Origin: Propionibacteriaceae bacterium
GTDB taxonomy: Bacteria; Actinomycetota; Actinomycetes; Propionibacteriales; Propionibacteriaceae
DNA: 25,110 bases
Assembly: GCA_031285505.1 (NCBI GenBank)
Contig: JAITVZ010000065.1
Location: 1-25,110 of the forward strand
Reading direction: 5' to 3'
Positions 16,124-24,418 of this stretch are shown piece by piece. The position numbers and the translations under genes are program-made. Each line of letters begins with the position of its first letter. Position 1 is the first letter of the stretch. The notes under the pieces were generated by a model. That model was given only the letters and a program-made list of their open reading frames with translations, was not told where the DNA came from and did not search any database.

Positions 16124-18238
16124 TCACTGGGCGGCCAGCCCATGCCCTGGCAGCCCCGCCTGGGCCTGGTCTTGAGCCAAAGCCTGCCCAGGGTTAGCCG
16201 TGGGGGCTGTGTCAACGGTGGCCAAACCGCGGCTGGGCACACTGACCAAGGAAGCCGCCAAGTCAAGCATCTGATCCTGATCGCTGAGGTTCTTCCAGGT
16301 CAGGGTGCGCTCAGCCGAAGTGGCGGCTGGCGGGTCGAAAGCGCCGAAATCCAGAGACGAGCTGTCGGGGATGAGATTGGCCGCCAAAGAGGCGGGGATG
16401 TTCAGCAGCCCTGCCCCCTGCTGGAAGACAGCTGAGCCATCCGGCAGCGGACTGGCCCCAGCCATCAAGCGTGATTCAAGACCATCACGATCCAGGGTCG
16501 GGTCCGATTCCAATAGCAGCGCGGCCGCCCCGGCCACCAAGGGGGCCGCCATCGAGGTGCCGTAATAGTTGTCGGAAACATAGCCATCACTGCCCGCGCC
16601 GGCGCCGACCAGACCTGTTGTCAAGGGCATGCCGCTCTCATCGAGCAGGGGGAAGCCGGTCTCATCGACCGGCGCCAAGGCGGCCCCCGGCGCCATGATC
16701 TGCGGGCTGACCGCGCCATCACCGCGCCGCGGCCCAGTCGATGACCACCAACCAAGATTGCCGAATTGGTCGGTCGCCCCAACGGCCAACGCCTCGGAGG
16801 CCGTCGCCGGAGCGTTGATGGCTTGATCGGACATGTCATTGCCGGTTGCCACCACAAACAAACATCCGTATTCAGCAGTCAAAGCGTCAAGCGTCCGAGA
16901 GACCAGCAAGCTGCCGTCGTCGTAATATCCCGGAAAACCCAGACTCATGTTGACGATATCCGCCCCATGACTGGCGGCCCACTCCATGCCCTCGATCACC
17001 TGGGAATCGGTGCCTGAGCCATCGGCGCCGACCACCTTGGCACTGAGCAACTGGGCCTTGGGGGCCACCCCTTGATAGAGGCCAGCCGAGGCGGCGCCAG
17101 TGCCGGCGATCTCCGAAGCGACAAAGGTGCCGTGGCCGTTGTGATCCAAGCCATCACCATCGACTGAGAAATCGACTGTGTCGATCACCTGACCAGCTAA
17201 ATCAGGATGCCGGGTATCGATGCCAGTATCGACCACTGCCACCGTCACACCCTCACCCAGCAACCCGGCGTCATGGGCCTGGTCAGCGCCGATCAATGAC
17301 ATCCAGGCTGGCGTGTCATCGCTGACCTCGGTCAACGCCGTGATTGTCGACAGGTCGAACTGGTGTTGCCGATCCAACCAGATCTGGCTGACAGCCGCAT
17401 TGGCCGCCGAGCGCTGCGACAAGCCCTCAGCGGTCGGTTGGGCCAGGGCTTCGATCAATCCCCAACTGGGAGCCGGACCAGCTTCAACGCTGGTGTCTGC
17501 CCAACCGACCGTGGCGGGCAAAGCCGTCAGCCTGGTCGTCACCGACAGGCCGGCGGCATCCATATCGAATGCCGCTCCACGACTGATGGAGGTCAATGGG
17601 TTGGTCTCGACGATCAGCGGCAGATCACCATTCGGCCCGAGGTCATAGCTGGCCAGAAGGCTGACGTTGAACAGTGCCTGATCCAGACCGTGGCCGATCA
17701 AGGCGACGACGTCTGAGGGGAAAACGAAGATACCATCGGCCGTTTGGGAAATGCTCAGATGGGCTGACCTGCCATCCGGGCGTGGCGCCAACACCGTCGA
17801 TCGCACCGCGCCATTGGCATCAATGAGCACCTGGTCACCGGTGATCAGACGCACTGATGAACCAGCGGCGGTCGAGTTGCTGGCCGATTCAGTGTCATTG
17901 CCCGCCCCGCTGCCATTGGCCAAGCCTGTCTCAACCGTCGGCACCAGCGGCGTCGAATCGGCAGCGGTGACCGGTGCGGCTACGGCCGAAACCCCGCCAA
18001 CGGCAGCCCCAATCAGACTGACCACGGTGGCCACCGCCAACAAGGCGACCCGCACCCGCGGTTGAGCCAGCTGCCGTCGCCGCCCCGGACTGACCATCGT
18101 GCCAGCTGCCCCGGTCGCCCCGGCCGCCCTTGCTCTCCCGCTTGTCCCGCGTACCGCTCTCGGGCCAGACTCCCCTCTCCGGCTACTCCTCGCGCTCACG
18201 CCGCTTGTCGCCATCGGTTCCCCTGTCATCATCGACAC
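16124..18238 (-). CDS. Subtilisin-like serine protease (S8 family), N-terminal part with signal peptide. Probable true start is ATG at 18097.
   Basis: Catalytic triad motifs VAVVDTGID (Asp), HGTFVASEIAG (His), GTSMAAPLVAGAAALL (Ser). Signal-peptide-like VRVALLAVATVVSLIGAAVGGVSAVAA. Confidence 0.8.
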   Translation of the reverse strand: MSMMTGEPMATSGVSARSSRRGESGPRAVRGTSGRARAAGATGAAGTMVSPGRRRQLAQPRVRVALLAVATVVSLIGAAVGGVSAVAAPVTAADSTPLVPTVETGLANGSGAGNDTESASNSTAAGSSVRLITGDQVLIDANGAVRSTVLAPRPDGRSAHLSISQTADGIFVFPSDVVALIGHGLDQALFNVSLLASYDLGPNGDLPLIVETNPLTSISRGAAFDMDAAGLSVTTRLTALPATVGWADTSVEAGPAPSWGLIEALAQPTAEGLSQRSAANAAVSQIWLDRQHQFDLSTITALTEVSDDTPAWMSLIGADQAHDAGLLGEGVTVAVVDTGIDTRHPDLAGQVIDTVDFSVDGDGLDHNGHGTFVASEIAGTGAASAGLYQGVAPKAQLLSAKVVGADGSGTDSQVIEGMEWAASHGADIVNMSLGFPGYYDDGSLLVSRTLDALTAEYGCLFVVATGNDMSDQAINAPATASEALAVGATDQFGNLGWWSSTGPRRGDGAVSPQIMAPGAALAPVDETGFPLLDESGMPLTTGLVGAGAGSDGYVSDNYYGTSMAAPLVAGAAALLLESDPTLDRDGLESRLMAGASPLPDGSAVFQQGAGLLNIPASLAANLIPDSSSLDFGAFDPPAATSAERTLTWKNLSDQDQMLDLAASLVSVPSRGLATVDTAPTANPGQALAQDQAQAGLPGHGLAAQ

Positions 18239-18373
18239 CCCTCACCCTCAAATCAGCCGAATTACAGTGGTTTATCCAGGATAACTAGCTTATACCGCAT
18301 AGAAGACATTTTTCGGCAAGATGCGGCAAGCGCACACATCCCCTGACACCTGCGGTGAGGCTAATCAATGCAT

Positions 18374-18408
18374 TGCTGTCATTGACTGCATTTGATATGC
18401 TGACAGCA
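18374..18408 (+). promoter_or_regulatory. Candidate antitoxin operator, inverted repeat TGCTGTCA-N19-TGACAGCA with an embedded palindrome GTCATTGAC.
   Basis: Lies 23-57 nt upstream of the vapB ATG. Resembles the TGCTATCA/TGATAGCA half-sites bound by the RHH antitoxin FitA. Confidence 0.4.
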
Positions 18409-18430
18409 TTTCTTCTTGAAGGAGGGGATC

Positions 18431-18688
18431 ATGGCTGCAACTATCACCGTGCGGAACCTGAGTGAGGACACCCAACGTGTCTTGCGGCACCGAGCTATCG
18501 ACCACAATCAGTCATTCGAAGCTGAAGTCAGGCAAATTCTCACTGAAGCCGCACAAGCGAGTTCATCAACGGCAACACCAGCGGCAACCATCTTCGCGGC
18601 TGCAGACCAGTTCCGGAAAGCAACCTCTGGTCTCGGCTTCACCCTGCCACCCCGTCTTGACGAAACACAAAGAGACGTAAATCTATGA
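18431..18688 (+). CDS. vapB: Ribbon-helix-helix antitoxin (VapB/FitA-like).
   Basis: MAATITVRNLSEDTQRVLRHRAIDHNQSFEAEVRQIL is a classic RHH antitoxin N-terminus. GAAGGAGGGG RBS. ATGA overlap with the downstream PIN gene. Confidence 0.75.
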   Translation: MAATITVRNLSEDTQRVLRHRAIDHNQSFEAEVRQILTEAAQASSSTATPAATIFAAADQFRKATSGLGFTLPPRLDETQRDVNL

Positions 18689-19146
18689 TTATCCTCGACA
18701 CGAACATCGTTTCGGCGCTCTTTGTCTCAACGCACCAGGACCACCGGCAATTGAGAACATGGTGTGACGCTTGCCTCGATCAAGAGTTTCGCATCTGCGC
18801 GCCGACTCTCGCTGAGATTGAATATGGGATCGCCATCCTGCCGGCAGGCGCTCGCAAGGAACAACTGATCCACGAGGCACACCTTTTCCTTTCCAAGACA
18901 GCACAATGGATCCTGCCCTTCGGAGCGCGTGACGCCAGTGAATACGCGATCATCACGGCCCAAAGACGACCCATTAGCATCTTCGATGCTCAAATCGCTG
19001 CCATCACTCGCACGGCCGGAGCCACCTTAGCCACCCGGAACATCAAAGACTTTGAGAACTGTGGCATCACTCTTGTCAATCCCTACCAGATCACCTTCTC
19101 TGCACAGGCGGATCATGGTGAACCAGTCGACCGGAACAACCAATAG
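18685..19146 (+). CDS. vapC: PIN-domain toxin (VapC/FitB-like).
   Basis: MIILDTNIVSALF... PIN signature. 4-bp overlap with the antitoxin. Confidence 0.75.
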   Translation: MIILDTNIVSALFVSTHQDHRQLRTWCDACLDQEFRICAPTLAEIEYGIAILPAGARKEQLIHEAHLFLSKTAQWILPFGARDASEYAIITAQRRPISIFDAQIAAITRTAGATLATRNIKDFENCGITLVNPYQITFSAQADHGEPVDRNNQ

Positions 19147-19267
19147 AGATGCACAGGCTACAGAGCCCGACCTGTCTCCAGGCCTAGCGCAAACATTCCC
19201 GGACATTTCTGGTGAGGCTGGTCGCGTCGTGGCGCCACCTCGCTCATCCCGATAGACTGGATCCACT

Positions 19268-19352
19268 GGCGAGATCGCATAGTGGTCTAGTGCAGCCGCC
19301 TTGAAAGCGGCCAGGTGTAACAGCCTCCAGGGTTCGAATCCCTGTCTCGCCG
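19268..19352 (+). tRNA. tRNA-Ser (anticodon UGA) with a long variable arm. CCA is not encoded.
   Basis: Manual fold: 7-bp acceptor stem GGCGAGA/TCTCGCC, D-loop with GG, anticodon stem GCCGC/GCGGC with loop CTTGAAA, ~16-nt variable arm, T-arm CAGGG-TTCGAAT-CCCTG. Confidence 0.8.
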
Positions 19353-19553
19353 CCCATGAATCATTGACGCCACCCAGAAGTCCGATGCTCCAGGCAGTAG
19401 CGCTTTGCCACAAAAGCCCGAGTCGCCTCGCCAGCCAAAAATCCGTTTCACCTGTCTGAGTCGCTTCAATCGCCCTGAGATAAATGGGGTTGATCAAGGG
19501 CCCTTCTGGGTCCATCTGCCGCGACGGCGATGCGGTCTGCCGCGATCAACAAC

Positions 19554-20690
19554 TCAACCCAAGAACTCGACGCTGGCTTGATTGCCATCCAGGGTCACGG
19601 TCGCGCCAATCGGCCAGATGGCATGACGGTCACCGTGGCCGAAGTCATCGCAATAGACCACCGGAATGTGATGGTCGGCCCCGAAACGGGCCAAGCGCTC
19701 CAGCAGTTCATGCGGCGCCGAATCGGCGAAGTGCCCAAAGATCAAGCCCTGAACCGCTTCGATGAAGGGCTGCTGCTCCAGAAATGACAACCAAGTGCCA
19801 ACTTGTCCGGGCGAACTGAAGAACTCATGGTCCTCCAGGGCCAGGATCAGCGGCTGGCCGGGATCTCGGCCCCAACCGGAGTCTTCCCACAAAGGGTGAT
19901 GGAGCATGGCTGGCAGCAATCCGGCGTAGCAGGCCAACAATCGGCCACTGGCCGCACCAGCACTCAAACTGCGCCAGGGGCTGTCCACCAGGAAGGGGCC
20001 GCCTGCCGGGCCAGCGACGAAATGCTGCTGGAACTGCCGCCAGTTGTAGTGACTCAGCGCCGTGAAGGCCCCGAGGCCCAATCCGTAGTAAGTGACCAAT
20101 CCGGTTTGGGCGGCGATGGCCATCAGCAGCGAACTGGCGTCGGAAAAACTCGATATGAGTTTGGGCGATCGGGCAATGGCGCCATAATCGATCAGTGGCA
20201 ACAATTCGACCGCCCCATCGCCGCCGCCGAAGAGGATCAGTTTGACCTGATCGTCAGCCAGCAGGGCGTTGAAATCAGCCGCTCGATCAGCCGCCGATGG
20301 CAGAACTGGCTCGCCAGATGACGGAAGCCGATCAACGCCCTGAGCCTGAATGGGTTCCTCGGGTGAAAGGGTCTGGCCCGTTGCTGGGGCCAAGGACGGG
20401 TTGCCACAGGCCCGGTGACCCAAAGCTACGGGCTGGTCCAAATCTGACTGGCCCTGGGCCCCAAGTTGACCCAATGAATCACGGCTGACCCCGAGCCGCT
20501 CGCTGGAGACCACGGTCGACGAGCGACCGAGGATTTCACCTGATAGCGGTCCGAGCTTGACCTTGTAGCCCAGGCCCTGCAGGACGAAGCGGTAGCGGTC
20601 GAGCTTGACCGGATCCAACGGCTGGCTGGGGAAGGCCAGGCCGATGTGATCGCCGGGTTGGAGCATCGGCGCATAGATCGGTGTCGGCAT
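19554..20690 (-). CDS. S66 peptidase (LD-carboxypeptidase LdcA / microcin-C7 immunity MccF-like) with a ~75-aa low-complexity insertion.
   Basis: N-terminus MLQPGDHIGLAFPSQP, nucleophile motif SSFSDASSLL, GGDGAVELLPLIDY. Insertion ILGRSSTVVSSERLGVSRDS...EPVLPS between conserved blocks. Confidence 0.6.
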   Translation of the reverse strand: MPTPIYAPMLQPGDHIGLAFPSQPLDPVKLDRYRFVLQGLGYKVKLGPLSGEILGRSSTVVSSERLGVSRDSLGQLGAQGQSDLDQPVALGHRACGNPSLAPATGQTLSPEEPIQAQGVDRLPSSGEPVLPSAADRAADFNALLADDQVKLILFGGGDGAVELLPLIDYGAIARSPKLISSFSDASSLLMAIAAQTGLVTYYGLGLGAFTALSHYNWRQFQQHFVAGPAGGPFLVDSPWRSLSAGAASGRLLACYAGLLPAMLHHPLWEDSGWGRDPGQPLILALEDHEFFSSPGQVGTWLSFLEQQPFIEAVQGLIFGHFADSAPHELLERLARFGADHHIPVVYCDDFGHGDRHAIWPIGATVTLDGNQASVEFLG

Positions 20691-20779
20691 CAGCCCTCCT
20701 CGCCACCGGTTCGAGCGGCTTCACAACTGGCAGTCTAGTGTCCCGCGCCAGACGATTGAGCCCCAGCCACTGTTGTCTG

Positions 20780-20812
20780 CCTGACGACCATCCCTTGGAA
20801 TCAATCGTCAGG
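20780..20812 (-). terminator. Hairpin (CCTGACGA / TCGTCAGG, 17-nt loop) downstream of the giant surface-protein gene.
   Basis: Inverted repeat seen ~70 nt past the stop. No clear U-tract. Confidence 0.3.
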
Positions 20813-20878
20813 TGAGCCGCACTGGTGGATCTCCTTGCGTGATGTCGATCAACCGGGTGCGGCACAGCGATCAACTGC

Positions 20879-23800
20879 TCAGAGGCTGCGCTCCTTGACT
20901 TGGCGGATTTGGCTGCGGGTGATGCCGAAGACCGCCGCGCCGCCAGCCAAGGCGGTCAGCAGGGCGGTCAGGCCGAGTGCCTGATGGTTGCCTTGGTCCA
21001 GCACTGCCCCGGTCTGAACCTTGGGGCCAGCGGTCTTGACGGTGCTCGACTTGACCGGCGTACTGGCAACGGAACTGGACTTGCCTGATCCGCTTGCCGC
21101 TGAGCTTGAACTGGCAGCGCTGGTGTTCGTCGGCTGAGCCGTCGGCGAGGCACTCTGGCTGGGGCCGGGCGTCGGGTTGGCAGTGTTCGAGCCGGAAGGC
21201 GTCGCACTCGGCGAACCAGACGGAATCGAGCTGGGCGATCCGCTCGGTGTCCCAGACGGCGAAGCGCTCGGTGATCCAGACGGCGAAGCGCTCGGTGAGC
21301 CCGACTCAGTGGGGCTAGCTGTGCTGCTGGGCGAGCCCGACGGGGTCGAGCTGGGCGTGCTCGACGGTGAGCCACTGGGCGACTCGCTCGGCGAGGCGTT
21401 GGCCGTGGCCACTGCCTGGTTGAGGGCTGCCGTCAAAGCCGTCAGGTCATCGGCTGTGCTGTCCGGGTCGCTGATCGCTTGTTGAAGACTGGTGATGGCT
21501 GCCGCGACCGCCGCCACTGACTTGACCGATTCCGCCTGGCTGATGGCGTTGTTGGCGGCTGTCACCGCTGCCGCTCGGGCGGCGGCATCGCTGGACAATT
21601 CGGCTTCGGAGGTCGCGACCGCTGCGCGTAACGCCTCGGTGGCGCTGGTCAATTGAGCCAGGGTGGCATCCTCTTTGGCCAGGAGCCCAGTCAAAGCCGA
21701 CACCGCCTGCGTCACCTCCGGTTCGCCCGCCGCCGGCGAGGCTTTAGCCTGATCGATCATCGCCTGGGCGGCGCCGACAACCTTGGACCGGACCAGCTGA
21801 CCAAGTGCCGTGGTGGCGGCGGCGATGTCGGCGGTGGCCGATGTCGGATCATTCATCAAGGCGGTCAGCTGATCAATGGCGCTGGTCACCGCCGGATCGT
21901 CGATAGCGGCCTTGGCATCGTCAATGGCGACCTGACCGGCGTTCTTGGCCGCGGCTCGGTCGGCGGCGGCGGCTTGGGCCGATTCGACCGCTGCGGTGAT
22001 CACCTGGGCGGCGCTCTGGATGTTGGCAGTGGTGGCGTTGGCCGAATCAGCGCCAGCCGAGGCCACCAGATCGTCAAAGGCCTTGACCGCAGCCAGCACG
22101 CTCGAATCAGCGCCGACAGCGGAGGCTTTGGCGGCGGTGGCAACCGCCTGCCCATCATTGACGGCTGCCGTGCGGGCCGTCTTGGCGGCGGATGAAGCAT
22201 CTGTCAAGGCGCTGGTGGCCGCCTGGATGGCGGCGGTGGTGGCAGTGGCGTCAGCCACTAGGGTCGACAGGTTGCTGGCGGCCGAGGCGACCGCCGACTC
22301 GTGGCTGACCGGCGACAGATCAGCCAAAGCGGCATTGGCGGCGGCGATGGCCTCCTGTCGGGCGGCATCAGGATCGGTCGGCGTCGTCTGCCCGGCGCCG
22401 TCGACGGCCAGGATCAGTTGATCCATCGCCAACAGAATGTCAGCAGTCAGCGCATTCGCGGCATCGGTCTTCGACCGATCGATGGTGTCCGTCAGCTGGC
22501 TGAGGGCCGCCACCACACTCGGATCGCTGGCGACGCTCGACCCAGCGGCAGCGGACTTGGCTCTATTGGCGGCGGTGATGGCGTCGTTGCGGTCTTGTTT
22601 GGCGTTGGCCGCCGCCGCCAACAAGGCGTTGCTGGCGGTTTCAATCCGAGTGGAGGTGGCGTCGGCGGCCTCGATCTGGGCTTGCAATTGCTGTTTCAAG
22701 GCCAGCACCGATGGCTGATTGGACACCGGCGCTGTGTCGGCGATGGCCACCTGAGCCTGCTTCGCAGCCTCACCGGCGGTCTCAACCGCCAAAGCTTGGG
22801 CTGATTTCAGAGCAGCAACCCGAAAATCCAGGTCCTTGCTGAGAGCATCGGCCGCGTCGGCAGCGGCGGTGGCCCTGGCCAAACGTAGGACATTGACTGC
22901 CACCTGCACCGCGATGTCGCCGTGCCCATCAGCGGTGGCCGAGTTGTTGATGGCATCGGCCGCGGCTTGATCGGCGACGACGCGCTCAGCTTTGGCCTGA
23001 CTGATGGCAGTCGTCAAAGCGGTGGTGGCGGCGCTGATCTGCTCGCTGGTCGAGTCTTGGGCTTGGAGCAAGACATTGACATCGTCGATCGCCTTGCGAA
23101 CAGTCGGTTCATTGGTGACCGGCCGGGTCTCCAGAACGGCGTCGTTGGCGGCCCGGATGGCCGCCACCTTGACGTTGTCTGTCGCCTTAGAGATGAAGTT
23201 GATGGTGTTGGTCGCCTCAATGATCTGCTGGGTCAGATCGCTGGCCGAATCAGCCGCTGCCCGATCGAGCATGTCCTTCAAATCCTGGACCTGCTTCTGC
23301 AGATCGGTGTTGGCCAGGTCCTCCTCAAGCTGCGCGGCTGAACTGGTGGCGATTTGAGCCGCATAGACGGCCGACTGACGATTGACCTCTTCGGAGGCCA
23401 CTTCGCCCTTGAGCACATCTGTGGCGGCCGTGATCGCCGCCGCTGACGATTTGCTGTCAGCCAGAACCGACTGTAAATTGCTGATGGCCGGAACGACACC
23501 CGGCTCATGAGACACCGGTGACGTCCTAGTCAAGGCGGCATTGGCCCCACTGATGGCCTGCTCACGGGCCGCCGCCTGTTGGGCCAAGGCGTCAGTCAGA
23601 GCCTGGGTGGCGGCAGCGATGCTGGCAGTCAGATCGGTCGGCGAGTCGACAGCGGCGGCGGCTTGGATCAGTTGAAGATTCTTGATGGTGTCGATCACTG
23701 ACGGGTACCCCGCCGCGGTGCTGGCTTGGGCCGAAGCGATCAAATCCGTGGCGGCCGTGTTGGCTGCGTCCCGGGCCTGTTTGGCCGTCAGGACCGCATC

Positions 23801-24214
23801 GTCCAGGCTACTGGTGGCGCTTTGCAGTTGCGCGACGGTGGCAGAGGCATCACTTTGAACGGCATGGAGCCCGGCAATGGCGGTGGCGACCGCGGATTCA
23901 TGAGAGACCGGGCGGGCGTTGGTCAGCGCCGATTGGGCGGAATCACGAGCACTGGCCAGTTCCACGTTGATGGCCATGATGGCGATGTCCAGAGGATAGG
24001 CCTTAACCGTGTCGACGCCCTGGTTGGCATTCGAGCTCAAGCCCGTGGCCGGTCCAGATGGATTCGCATCGGCCGGATCAGCCACAGCCACCGCCCCCAA
24101 CAAACCACCACTGGCGAACAGCAACAGGCTGGTCAAGGCGGCAGTGGCCCTGACCCCCCGTTTCCTGGCTGTCCAGCTTGGCATTGTCGCCTCGGCTCGC
24201 TGCTGATCGTGCAT
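20879..24214 (-). CDS. Giant Ala-rich repeat surface protein (~1110 aa from ATG 24214). It has a signal peptide, many ~90-100-aa helical Ala-rich repeats (PVSHE... units), a Ser/Pro-rich stalk, and a C-terminal KVQTGA motif plus TM plus basic tail.
   Basis: GAGGAG RBS 6 nt before ATG at 24214. Signal-peptide-like ATAALTSLLLFASGGLLGAVAVADPADA. Repeats visible in translation. C-terminus ...KVQTGAVLDQGNHQALGLTALLTALAGGAAVFGITRSQIRQVKERSL. Confidence 0.7.
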   Translation of the reverse strand: MHDQQRAEATMPSWTARKRGVRATAALTSLLLFASGGLLGAVAVADPADANPSGPATGLSSNANQGVDTVKAYPLDIAIMAINVELASARDSAQSALTNARPVSHESAVATAIAGLHAVQSDASATVAQLQSATSSLDDAVLTAKQARDAANTAATDLIASAQASTAAGYPSVIDTIKNLQLIQAAAAVDSPTDLTASIAAATQALTDALAQQAAAREQAISGANAALTRTSPVSHEPGVVPAISNLQSVLADSKSSAAAITAATDVLKGEVASEEVNRQSAVYAAQIATSSAAQLEEDLANTDLQKQVQDLKDMLDRAAADSASDLTQQIIEATNTINFISKATDNVKVAAIRAANDAVLETRPVTNEPTVRKAIDDVNVLLQAQDSTSEQISAATTALTTAISQAKAERVVADQAAADAINNSATADGHGDIAVQVAVNVLRLARATAAADAADALSKDLDFRVAALKSAQALAVETAGEAAKQAQVAIADTAPVSNQPSVLALKQQLQAQIEAADATSTRIETASNALLAAAANAKQDRNDAITAANRAKSAAAGSSVASDPSVVAALSQLTDTIDRSKTDAANALTADILLAMDQLILAVDGAGQTTPTDPDAARQEAIAAANAALADLSPVSHESAVASAASNLSTLVADATATTAAIQAATSALTDASSAAKTARTAAVNDGQAVATAAKASAVGADSSVLAAVKAFDDLVASAGADSANATTANIQSAAQVITAAVESAQAAAADRAAAKNAGQVAIDDAKAAIDDPAVTSAIDQLTALMNDPTSATADIAAATTALGQLVRSKVVGAAQAMIDQAKASPAAGEPEVTQAVSALTGLLAKEDATLAQLTSATEALRAAVATSEAELSSDAAARAAAVTAANNAISQAESVKSVAAVAAAITSLQQAISDPDSTADDLTALTAALNQAVATANASPSESPSGSPSSTPSSTPSGSPSSTASPTESGSPSASPSGSPSASPSGTPSGSPSSIPSGSPSATPSGSNTANPTPGPSQSASPTAQPTNTSAASSSSAASGSGKSSSVASTPVKSSTVKTAGPKVQTGAVLDQGNHQALGLTALLTALAGGAAVFGITRSQIRQVKERSL
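21115..21385 (-). repeat. Degenerate 12-18-bp tandem repeats encoding the (S-P-S-G/S-P-S-A) stalk of the giant protein.
   Basis: Repeated GGCGAAGCGCTCGGTGA(T/G)CC(A/C)GAC-type units on the plus strand. Translation SPSGSPSSTPSSTPSGSPS... Confidence 0.6.
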
Positions 24215-24353
24215 CTTTGACTCCTCAATCGAGTCCCCCCCTGCCTCGGGATTCTCGGCTTGATAGATATCTTTATGGAGTCTGGGAGCAATGTCAATTC
24301 GGCAATGCCTCTTGTTTTTATTGCTGATTTTCGGTAAGCTTTTTGGCCACAAA

Positions 24354-24401
24354 CGAACGAGGCCTGGCTTGACCCACCACGATCAAACCAGACCTCGTTC
24401 G
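24354..24401 (-). terminator. Hairpin (14-bp stem with one mismatch, CGAACGAGGCCTGG / CCAGACCTCGTTCG) followed by T-rich tract on the minus strand, between the two paralogous surface-protein genes.
   Basis: Inverted repeat 18 nt after the stop of the 24419.. gene. Followed on the minus strand by TTTGTGGCCAAAAAGC. Confidence 0.5.
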
Positions 24402-24418
24402 AGCTATAGGCTCAGCGC

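Noticed and set aside
19027-19515. 162-aa minus-strand ORF overlapping the tRNA-Ser gene
   Set aside because: Overlaps a well-folding tRNA on the opposite strand and has no RBS. Spurious.
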